Below are positions 37,285-45,175 of a DNA stretch of 64,000 nt, piece after piece. The stretch is from an uncultured Chloroflexia bacterium (lineage in GTDB: Bacteria; Chloroflexota; Limnocylindria; Limnocylindrales; CSP1-4). The DNA lies in contig CAWIGT010000006.1 in NCBI GenBank assembly GCA_963835845.1, positions 8,709 to 72,708 of the forward strand, in the 5' to 3' direction. A program made the position numbers and the translations under genes. The notes under the pieces are model-generated. The model saw only the letters and a program-made list of their open reading frames with translations, was not told the DNA's origin and ran no database searches. Every line of letters starts with the position of its first letter. Position 1 is the stretch's first letter.

Positions 37285-37837
37285 CCCCGACCCTCCTCAT
37301 GAACGCACCGGCGACAGGGCGGCCATCAGCGATTGTCCGCTCGAGATAGCCTGAGCCGGCCTGAGCCGGCCCAATGGCCACGAGTGGCTGAAACCGCGTT
37401 GTGGCGGCGACCGTAGCCAAATGAGGATACGGCCGCCGCGCTGGACAGGATCAATCGCCAGGGTTGACGTCAGTGCCGCGCCGGGCCGAAACGTGGTGGT
37501 CGGGTCAGAGAGGTCCTCCGATCAACGCGCCTTCGAACGCGCCCAGACTGCACTCACCTGGCCGCCCCCTTGCCGGATTCACACCACAGCGACTTTGGGC
37601 GGTCGACCGGTCCATGCGCGCGTCGAAATCGGCCTGCGACCCTGGCGGCGCCGCCGGCTTCGCCCCTCGAACAGGGTCTATCCGCGAGGCCGACCGGACG
37701 CGACTGCGGATTCGGCGCGAAGCTGGAGTCGCCCTTGCCCGTTGCTCGCCTGGCGTGAATCAGGCAAGAGTCGCCGGCTGCGGGCCACGCGGGTCGGCGA
37801 GGGGGCGTGGAACCGCCCCACGGCAGCCATAGTCAGA

Positions 37838-39013
37838 TCAGCGCGGGCGAACCGTGCGGCGGTCGTACCAGCGAATGAACAGCCAGCACACGATCAGGAT
37901 TGCCACCGCCACCGTCGCGGCGCCCTGAATCGGGGGAGAGCCCACAATCTGCTTGGCCGTATCCATTACCGTCCCCGTCGTGGGTGGCTGCGGCGTAACA
38001 AGACCGCCGGGCGCGGCGGCACCTGACCCGGGCGACGCCGAAGGCTCGGTCGTGCCCCCGCCAAGGAACAGAGACGACCCCGCCGGGACCGCGGCCATCG
38101 CCACCGGGGCCCGAGTGTCGGAGAGCTCCAGGGTTCGTTGGAGCGCGCCCTTCGCGTCGAAGACCTCGACTCCGGTGGCCTCGGCTACATGCAGCACGGA
38201 GCCTTCGTCGCTGGCCGTAAGGACGAGAGCGGGTTGGCGCGTAGTGGCGAATGCGGTCGCCGTCTTGCCGTCAACCTGCCAGAGCTTGGTTCCACTGCCG
38301 ACCACGATGGTCGAGGCCATTGATGCGACGGAGACGGGCGCGCCGGGCAGCTTGACCGTCCACGTGGCCGCCAGCGAGCTGAGATCGACCCGGATCAGCG
38401 CGTCCGGGCTCTGAGTCGCAACCAGGACGCCGCCGTGGTCGCGGTCGATGGCCAGGGCCACGATGCCGCCCGCGACCGTTGTCTTCTTGAGTGTCGAGGT
38501 GGCCGGATCCACGACCACGAGCCAGCTCTTGCCGGCTTCGGCGACGGCCACTCGCGCTTCGCGCCGGTCGCCCGCCAGGAGATTGCCGGCGCCGGGGAGT
38601 TGCGCGCTCTCGGTCACCGCGCCGCCATGGACCACCGCGAAAGCCAGGGTCCGGCGAGTGGGCATCGCGCCGACCAGGATCTGGCCGGATGGAAATGCCA
38701 GTGCGGAGACGGTTCCGGGAAGGGTAATCACCGCCTGGACGTCCAGCGTGGCAATGTCGATCGGGGTGACGCTACTGCCGGAGCCGCCGACGTAAAGGGT
38801 GCGGCCGTCGGGGCTGAAGGCCAGCGACTGCGGTGCCGGCACCATCGGGATCGTGCTCACGACCGTCGAGGTCTTGACGTGGACCTCGAGTACGCCCGCC
38901 GAACTCGCGACGTACAGGTCGCCGATGCCGTTGGCGAGTACGGCCCCGGAGAGCGTCATCGTCAGTAGCGTTGCGAGCGCGCCGCTCGCGAAGAGGAGCT
39001 TTACGGTCTTCAC
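37838..39013 (-). CDS. Secreted beta-propeller repeat protein (YVTN/YncE-like) with a C-terminal TM anchor
   Basis: Signal sequence MKTVKLLFASGALATLLTMTLSGAVLA, the repeat PQSLAFSPDGRTLYVGG, and the C-terminal ATVAVAILIVCWLFIRWY. Confidence 0.7.
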   Translation of the reverse strand: MKTVKLLFASGALATLLTMTLSGAVLANGIGDLYVASSAGVLEVHVKTSTVVSTIPMVPAPQSLAFSPDGRTLYVGGSGSSVTPIDIATLDVQAVITLPGTVSALAFPSGQILVGAMPTRRTLAFAVVHGGAVTESAQLPGAGNLLAGDRREARVAVAEAGKSWLVVVDPATSTLKKTTVAGGIVALAIDRDHGGVLVATQSPDALIRVDLSSLAATWTVKLPGAPVSVASMASTIVVGSGTKLWQVDGKTATAFATTRQPALVLTASDEGSVLHVAEATGVEVFDAKGALQRTLELSDTRAPVAMAAVPAGSSLFLGGGTTEPSASPGSGAAAPGGLVTPQPPTTGTVMDTAKQIVGSPPIQGAATVAVAILIVCWLFIRWYDRRTVRPR

Positions 39014-39142
39014 GCCAATCCCTGCGCCATGACTGCTGCCTGGTTAGAGTATCGGTAGAAACGCGCGCCGTGGGAGGCGGCCGGCCCGGCCCCGAACCGG
39101 CCGGCCGCCCACCCGCGACTCACGAGACCTGCGAACCGACTA

Positions 39143-40412
39143 TCAGTGCTTCAGGTTCACGAGTTCCTGGAGCATCTCGTCGGAGGTGGTGATGACGCGG
39201 CTGTTGGCCTGGAAGCCACGTTCGGCCGTGATCATCCCCGTGAACTGCGTCGCCAGGTCCACGTTCGACATCTCGAGCGCGCCCGTCGTCACCGTTCCGC
39301 GTCCGCCCGTCCCTGCGGCGCCGATGTTGGCGCCGCCGGACGCGGAGGTAGCAGAGAAGTTGTTCTGGCCGGCCCGAAGGAGACCGGCAGAGTTGAGGAA
39401 ATTCGCGAGTGCGATCTGGCCCAGAACCTGCGTCTGGCCGTTGCTGTATACGCCGGAGAGGAGGCCCGCGTCGCCGACCGCGAAGGTGACCAGCGTACCG
39501 GAGGTGAAGCCGTCGGTCTGGCCGGCGGGCTGGCTGGTGCCGCTGAACTGGGTCATCTGGGTCAGATCGATCTTTGGCGTCGTCGACGTAGCGCCGTCCG
39601 GGAAGGTGAAGGCCAGGGTGCCCGTGGAGGCCGAGAAGACGCCGCCGCTTGTGTAGGTGAGCGTGCCGTTGTTGACTCCGGCCGCGGACCCGTCGATGGC
39701 GATGCCGCTGTCGCCCGCATCCTTGGTGGCAGCCCAGGACCACGTGTTTGCGGCCGTCTTGGTGAAGGTCACCTTGACCGAGTGGGAGACGCCCAGGCTG
39801 TCGAATACGGTCATGGTCGTGGGCACGGTGGTCGCGGGCACGGCGGGAGGGCCGACAACGGCGGCGGTCGCGCCGGCGTCGAGGTTGCCGCTGAGGGTCA
39901 CGTTCGAAGTCGCCAGAGCGGTGGTGCGCTGACCGATCGGGATGGTCAGGTTGGTGATCGGCTGGGTGATGTCGATCTTGCCGGCCGAGTCTGCCTGCCA
40001 GCCCTGGACTTTGAGGCCGCTGGCCGGGTTAGCCAGCGATCCGTCGATGGCGATGTCGAACGCGCCATCGCGCGTATAGGTCGTGGCGGATCCGTCGGAC
40101 TCGATGAAGAAGCCGTCGCCCTGAATGGCCATGTCGGTCGTCTTGCCGGTCGATTGAAGGTTGCCCTGGGTCTGAAGGACGTCGATGCCGGCGACCGTCA
40201 TGCCGAGGCCGATCTGGGCGGGGTTGATGCTGCCGAGCCCGCCCTGAGGTGCGGTCGCACCGTGGACGGTCTGGGAAAGGATGTCCTGGAAGTTGACGCG
40301 GCCGGCCTTGAACCCAACCGTGTTGACGTTGGCGATGTTGTTGCCGATAACGTCAAGCATGGTCTGGTGGCCGCTGCAGACCGGAGATCGCTGAGAACAT
40401 AGAGCGGAGCAT
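39143..40412 (-). CDS. flgE: Flagellar hook protein FlgE, with an apparent 1-nt insertion at codon 13-14 (about 40369-40373)
   Basis: GGGAGG lies 7 nt upstream of the ATG at 40412. MLRSMFSAISGLQ then shifts frame to (H)QTMLDVIGNNIANVNTVGFKAGRVNFQD...MSNVDLATQFTGMITAERGFQANSRVITTSDEMLQELVNLKH. The span is 1270 nt (3n+1). Confidence 0.9.
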
Positions 40413-40600
40413 CGAATGCCTCCCGAGAGTTGCTGACGTCAGCGCCTCGCGGCGCGACGGATTGTTGGCTTCCGCGGCCAGGTCAGCTTCCTCAGAGAGG
40501 TCCGGCAGTGAACCTGGCACATGCAGCGGAATTCGATTCGACTGGCGCGTTCCGGCTCCCGCCAGAACCGCCGACGCAATTGGCCGGCGCAGCCGGGCGA

Positions 40601-41051
40601 TTACGCGATTACCACACCATCGATTCTGCGTAAAGACGCGCTCCTTGTTCTGGTCCGGCTCGACGGCCGTTACGACCGTGTGACTGGGTGCGTGGACGAC
40701 GTAGGCGTACTGGTCGAGCATCACCAGGGACTGGCCCGTGCTGCCACGCTGGCTGAGGGTGTCCATGGCCTTGCTCAGGCGATCCATCTGGTCTGGCGCC
40801 ATCGGGATCTGACGCTGCTCGACGCGCTTGAGGGCATGCTCCGAGAACTGGAGCGAATGCTCGTCGGCGGCTGCCGACAGCGCATCTCGGAAGGACAGGC
40901 TACCGTCCGACGGCGGCGCTCCCGAGGTGGGCTGGCCGAGCGGGCTCGAGCCGGGCGTCAGGCTTGGGTCCCGGACGAGACCTGCCTGGACTGCCGGGTC
41001 GGGTCCTATTCGATCGATCGTAGCGATCACCTCCTTGGTGCTGTACGGCAC
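40601..41051 (-). CDS. Flagellar operon protein of the TIGR02530 type (found between flgD and flgE), with an apparent 1-nt frameshift near 40630
   Basis: LQFSEHALKRVEQRQIPMAPDQMDRLSKAMDTLSQRGSTGQSLVMLDQYAYVVHAPSHTVVTAVEPDQNKERVFT. The expected ending RIDGVVIA-stop is in the next frame, with TAA at 40601-40603. As given, the frame instead runs on into the flgE start. Confidence 0.7.
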
Positions 41052-41063
41052 TCGGCCGTGTTG

Positions 41064-41561
41064 CTAGGCGGCCGGGTTCGTCACCGACGTGACGCTGTCC
41101 GGCTTGACGTACTGGCTTCCGACCTGGAGAACCAGGCCGGCGTCGTTCGACTGAGTCACCGATGTGACGACTCCGTTGACGGCAGTTCCGTTGACGTCGA
41201 TGCCGACGACGTTCTTGCCGATCAGGGCTGAACTCTGGGCGAGCTGCGATCCCTGGAGGGACGTCTGGACGCCCTGGAGAGTCGAGATCTCCGTCATCTG
41301 AGACAGTTCGCCGAGCATTGCCGAGTCGTCGACCGGCTGGGTGGGGTCTTGATTCTGGAGCTGAGCCAGGAAGAGCTTCATGAAGTCGTCGCTGGTCAGC
41401 CCCATGGCGCTCGTGCTGGTCGAGTTCAACGTGTCAGTGGTTCCGTTGCTCGTACCCGCGGCGCTGGCCGCGCTCGCCCCGGAGGAGGCGGCGGGGCTGG
41501 CGGAGGCGCCGCCGGTCCCGAATGTGGAGAACGCCGAGAAACTGGTCGGGTTGATTGCCAT
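41064..41561 (-). CDS. flgD: Flagellar hook capping/assembly protein FlgD
   Basis: MAINPTSFSAF..., DDFMKLFLAQLQNQDPTQPVDDSAMLGELSQMTEISTLQGVQ, GKNVVGIDVNGTAVNGVVTSV. Confidence 0.88.
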   Translation of the reverse strand: MAINPTSFSAFSTFGTGGASASPAASSGASAASAAGTSNGTTDTLNSTSTSAMGLTSDDFMKLFLAQLQNQDPTQPVDDSAMLGELSQMTEISTLQGVQTSLQGSQLAQSSALIGKNVVGIDVNGTAVNGVVTSVTQSNDAGLVLQVGSQYVKPDSVTSVTNPAA

Positions 41562-41574
41562 CGCAGTACTCCTG

Positions 41575-43440
41575 TCAGGCCCGAATATCGAGAGTGGTGC
41601 CGCCGGGCAGCGGCGAACGCGACGCGGGTCGAGTTGGTCTGATGGATTCCGTACGCGCCACGAGCGAGGTTTCTGGTGTCGAATGGGAGCTGTAGCCGGG
41701 GCCGGTTCCACCGCCCGAGCCGTTGCCGGATGCGCCGCCGTTGACTGCGCCCTGACCGTGGCCGCCGTCTCCCGGCTGGCCGCTGCCTGATCCGTATCCG
41801 CCGCCCGTCGACCAGCCGGCCGCCTCGAAGGCGTTGCCACCTGAACGACTCGTCGCCGATCCGCCCGACTCGCTTCGGACCGTGAGGCTCACCCCGGCGA
41901 GGCCGTCGCCGGCTGCATGCATCCGAACGGCGGCGGCATTGATTGCGTCGGCCGCGACGCGGTCTCGCACGACGAGCTGCGCCTGGACGATCTCGCCGGC
42001 GCGGCCCGTGACAATCACGCGGACGTCGCCGAGGGTCGGATCGTTGATACGCGCTTCGAGTCCCGTCCCGGACGCGGTCTGGATCGTGTGGATGGTCTGG
42101 GCGACCTGGTTCATGAGTTTGTCCGCGGCGGCCGCCACATCGACCGACGAACTGCTGCCGGCGACGGTGTCGACGAGGCCGGTCCGCGAGGCGGCGCCGG
42201 CAACCGCGCCGGCAGCCGCGGCGGCAAGAGTGGCCGACGAAGCGGAGGCGCTATCGATCGGGGACGGTCCCGCGGCCGAGGCCGCCGTGGGACTTGCCGC
42301 GGTCGCGTTATCGGACTTGCCGGACGCGCTCGATCCATCCGAATTGCCGGCCGAGGCCCCACTCGATCGGGTCGCGGAAACGGCCTGGGTCTGCGAGCGA
42401 CCGGAGGCCGGTCCGACCGCATCGGCGGCGTACGCCGCGGTTCCGAAGGAGGAGCCGCCAGGACGTATGACGCGCGGCAGTGCTCGGCCCGGATCGGCGG
42501 CTGCAGCACCGGCGGCCAGTCCGGCCGCAGTGGCGTCGGCGATTTGCGCGGGGGCCGAGGCCGGGTTGGCCGGAGTGGTGGCGGCCGGCGTTGTGGCCGG
42601 CGTTGTGGCCGGAGTGGTGGCGGGAGTGGTGGCCGGAGTGGTGGCCGGAGTGGTGGCGGCCGGAGTGGTGGCGGCCGGTGTCGTGGCCGGAGTGGCTGCG
42701 CGGGTTGAGGCCGGCGCGGAGTCCGCGGTCTGCGCGGCGGCTGCCGGCACGGCGGGCGTGGCCGAGGTCGTGGGCGCGGCCGCGGGCGTCGCCGCCGGAG
42801 TGGCGGCTGCGGCCGCAGTACCGGAGATCGATACGCGGGTCGGAGCCTGGCCGGTTGCGCTGCCGGACTGCGTCGAAGTCCATCCGGTGGCGACGCTGGA
42901 GGCGTTGGCCGACGGGTCTGCGACGGTCGCCGCAGGCGAGGAGGCCGATGCGACGACCCCGCCCTGAAGACTCGTCGCGGTGGACGCCGCGCCGGTGTTC
43001 TGCGTGACCGGTTGAGCCATCGCGGAGGACCGCGTGGACTGGAGCGACCCGGCAAGCGGCGCCTGCCCTGCCTGACCGGCGGCTTGCGCCGCGGTCGGCA
43101 TCTGCGACGGAGGTCGAGCACCGGAGGACCCCGTGGTCCCGGACGCGCCATCGACCGACCCGATTGTCGTTGCCGGGCCCTGCTCCCCGCCGCTCTGATT
43201 GGCTGGAGTCGCGGCGCCGGCCGAAGTGGCCTGGCCAGTTGCAGCAGATGGCTTCGCGGAATCCGCCGCGGCCGGCCCGACACCGGGGATGGGTGGAACG
43301 TCCGACGACACAGGCGAGCCCGCGAACGCTGCCGTAGAAACCGCTTTAGCGGGTGCCGCCGCCGCACCGGCGGACGGCCTATCGACCGCGGCGGCGGGCG
43401 GCAACTGGGAGTCGGCACTCGAGCCCGAAGCGGCGGTCAC
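41575..43440 (-). CDS. fliK: Flagellar hook-length control protein FliK (C-terminal Flg_hook domain). The reading frame is open a further 384 nt upstream with no start codon.
   Basis: An Ala/Thr/Pro/Ser-rich ruler-like region precedes LEARINDPTLGDVRVIVTGRAGEIVQAQLVVRDRVAADAINAAAVRMHAAGDGLAGVSLTVRSE. The annotated start is only a GTG. Confidence 0.85.
   Translation of the reverse strand: MTAASGSSADSQLPPAAAVDRPSAGAAAAPAKAVSTAAFAGSPVSSDVPPIPGVGPAAADSAKPSAATGQATSAGAATPANQSGGEQGPATTIGSVDGASGTTGSSGARPPSQMPTAAQAAGQAGQAPLAGSLQSTRSSAMAQPVTQNTGAASTATSLQGGVVASASSPAATVADPSANASSVATGWTSTQSGSATGQAPTRVSISGTAAAAATPAATPAAAPTTSATPAVPAAAAQTADSAPASTRAATPATTPAATTPAATTPATTPATTPATTPATTPATTPAATTPANPASAPAQIADATAAGLAAGAAAADPGRALPRVIRPGGSSFGTAAYAADAVGPASGRSQTQAVSATRSSGASAGNSDGSSASGKSDNATAASPTAASAAGPSPIDSASASSATLAAAAAGAVAGAASRTGLVDTVAGSSSSVDVAAAADKLMNQVAQTIHTIQTASGTGLEARINDPTLGDVRVIVTGRAGEIVQAQLVVRDRVAADAINAAAVRMHAAGDGLAGVSLTVRSESGGSATSRSGGNAFEAAGWSTGGGYGSGSGQPGDGGHGQGAVNGGASGNGSGGGTGPGYSSHSTPETSLVARTESIRPTRPASRSPLPGGTTLDIRA
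42571..42695. repeat. Intragenic 12/15-bp tandem repeats encoding (T)TPA units in FliK
   Basis: ggagtggtggcc/ggagtggtggcggcc units translate as ATTPATTPATTPATTPATTPATTPAATTPA. Confidence 0.9.
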
Positions 43441-44723
43441 GGTCGTGGCCGCGCGCGGGTTCGCCTGAACGTATGCTCCGTAGGCAGCGGCGGATGCTGC
43501 GGCCGCGGCCGCCGGGGCCGACGAAGGGGCGGACGAAGGGGCCGCCGGGGCGGACGAAGGGGCCGCCGGGGCGGACGAAGGGGCCGCCGGGGCGGACGAA
43601 GGGGCCGCCGGGGCGGACGAAGGGGCCGCCGGGGGGGGTCCGCGGCAGCGACCGTGGCCGGCCAGACCGGCCGGGCAATCGCGCCGTCGCCGGCCTGATC
43701 TGTCGCTTTGAGGGCCGCGGCCTGGGCGGCGCCAACCGGAGAAGCCTGCGTGCCGGGCGCGACCGACGACGCGTCGGGCTGGCCTCGGACCTGCCCTGAG
43801 ACTGCGCCGGCGCCGCCGTCGAGGCTACCGGCAGTCCCGGACGCGGGCGCGACGGCCCCGGCCGTAGACGGCGCGGCCGAAGCGCGGTCCGACGGCTCTC
43901 CGGAGGAGGCCGGGTAAGTGGCAGCGGCTGCGGCTGCACCGGCAACGGCCTGCGTCGCAGGCGAAGTGAAGGCGAAATCGGGCCCGATCGATGCGGAGCC
44001 CCGGGCCGTCGTCGCCGCGCCATCGAGAGCCGGCCACGCCGCGGCCGCTGTGGCCGATGGACTCGCTGCGGCGGCGTTGTCGGTGGACACGGCCGAGGTG
44101 GCAATCGATGGGGCGACCTGTGCGCGAGCGGCGGTACCTATAGCACCAACCGATGCCACGGCGGCAGAGCCGCCCGTGACGCCGGCCGCGGAGCCGGCCG
44201 AACCGTCGGCTTGCCCTGCCTGGCCGGCGGGGACGGAGGTTAGGGCGACCTTCGGGGAATCGTCGGCGATCGGGGCTGAGGCTGCGCTGTGGGCTGGCGC
44301 GCCGGCCGACGTGGCAGAGTCGACCCTGGACTTGCCTCTGATGGAGGTCTTCGAGCCGTCGCGGCCGGTCGACCTGGACCGGGCGGAAGTCGCGCCGGTC
44401 GCTTCAGCGGCCTTGACAGTGGCGAATGACTCCGGGACGGCGGCCGTGCCTGGGTGGGCCAGCGGCCGCCATATCGGCGCCTCGGCCGAGGATCGGATCG
44501 CGACCGCGGGCCGTGCCGGCCCGGCGTGGAAGGGATCCCGATTGGAACCGATCCGATCGCTAGACGGGGTGGAGTTCGTGTCGACCGAGTCGAGCCGCCT
44601 GGTCTGGGCCTCGACGAAGGCGTCGCTGAAGCTGATCTCGTCGGGTCCGGCCGGAACGTTGATGTCGCCCGGGATCGGCGCCACGCCGGGACCCATGGAG
44701 ACGTTGGAAGACAAACCGGCCAT
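43437..44723 (-). CDS. Low-complexity Ala/Ser/Gly-rich protein (ORF428), most likely the N-terminal two-fifths of a single ~1049-aa FliK-like protein
   Basis: MAGLSSNVSMGPGVAPIPGDINVPAGPDEISFSDAFVEAQTRRL.... The composition matches FliK until the C8 tract. After it the frame turns into Arg/Pro junk (PPRRPLR x5), while the fliK frame reads PAAPSSA x5. Confidence 0.6.
   Translation of the reverse strand: MAGLSSNVSMGPGVAPIPGDINVPAGPDEISFSDAFVEAQTRRLDSVDTNSTPSSDRIGSNRDPFHAGPARPAVAIRSSAEAPIWRPLAHPGTAAVPESFATVKAAEATGATSARSRSTGRDGSKTSIRGKSRVDSATSAGAPAHSAASAPIADDSPKVALTSVPAGQAGQADGSAGSAAGVTGGSAAVASVGAIGTAARAQVAPSIATSAVSTDNAAAASPSATAAAAWPALDGAATTARGSASIGPDFAFTSPATQAVAGAAAAAATYPASSGEPSDRASAAPSTAGAVAPASGTAGSLDGGAGAVSGQVRGQPDASSVAPGTQASPVGAAQAAALKATDQAGDGAIARPVWPATVAAADPPRRPLRPPRRPLRPPRRPLRPPRRPLRPPRRPLRPPLRRPRRPRPQHPPLPTEHTFRRTRARPRP
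43513..43632. repeat. Intragenic 21-bp tandem repeat, five full copies plus a partial
   Basis: The unit ggcggacgaaggggccgccgg starts at 43528, 43549, 43570, 43591 and 43612. It encodes PAAPSSA in the fliK frame and PPRRPLR in the ORF428 frame. Confidence 0.95.
43631..43638. repeat. G8 homopolymer (C8 on the coding strand) at the frame junction of the FliK-like gene
   Basis: ccggggggggtcc. This is the longest homopolymer I noticed in the window. Confidence 0.95.
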
Positions 44724-44725
44724 TG

Positions 44726-45175
44726 CTAATGCCCTCCGAGGACGTCGTAGAGCTGCGAGAACTTCGAGGTAATGAGGTGCGAGTCCGCTTCGTAGCTGAT
44801 CTGGGTTTCCGTCAGGGCGGTCATCTCGGTCTCGAGGTCGACCTTGTTGCCGTCGTTGCGGATGTTTTCGCTCGTGGCCGCCACGTTTGCCCCGGAGCCG
44901 TCCCCGGCGTTCCCGAGCGAGGAGAAGTGGCGCGGATCCGTGGTCTTCATGCCTACGTCCGCGGACGGCCCCGACGAGGGCGCGAGAAGACTGTCCGACG
45001 ATCCGCCCATCGAGGCGAGCTCGTTCTGGAGAGCCGTCTCGAAGTCGACCGACTGCGGCTGGTAGTTGGGCGTGTCGATGTTGGCCAGATTGGACGAGAT
45101 CACGGACTGCCTGGTCGTCAGGCCATCGAGGGCCTGAGTCAGGATCGTCATCGTGCTGTCGGACAAGCCGCTCAT
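44726..45175 (-). CDS. flgB: Flagellar basal-body rod protein FlgB
   Basis: MSGLSDSTMTILTQALDGLTTRQSVISSNLANIDTPNYQPQSVDFETAL...NKVDLETEMTALTETQISYEADSHLITSKFSQLYDVL. An ATGA overlap couples it to the upstream gene. Confidence 0.88.
   Translation of the reverse strand: MSGLSDSTMTILTQALDGLTTRQSVISSNLANIDTPNYQPQSVDFETALQNELASMGGSSDSLLAPSSGPSADVGMKTTDPRHFSSLGNAGDGSGANVAATSENIRNDGNKVDLETEMTALTETQISYEADSHLITSKFSQLYDVLGGH

Noticed and set aside
37285-37837. A 550-bp ORF-less gap with an 11-bp direct repeat (cctgagccggc, two copies) as an ncRNA locus
   Set aside because: I found no terminator, no recognisable conserved RNA motif and no convincing extended helices.
43437-43632. The basic PPRRPLR x5 tail as a genuine C-terminal domain of ORF428
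   Set aside because: The abrupt switch to Arg/Pro composition occurs exactly at the C8 tract. The alternative frame gives PAAPSSA repeats, which match the rest of the protein and are continuous with fliK.
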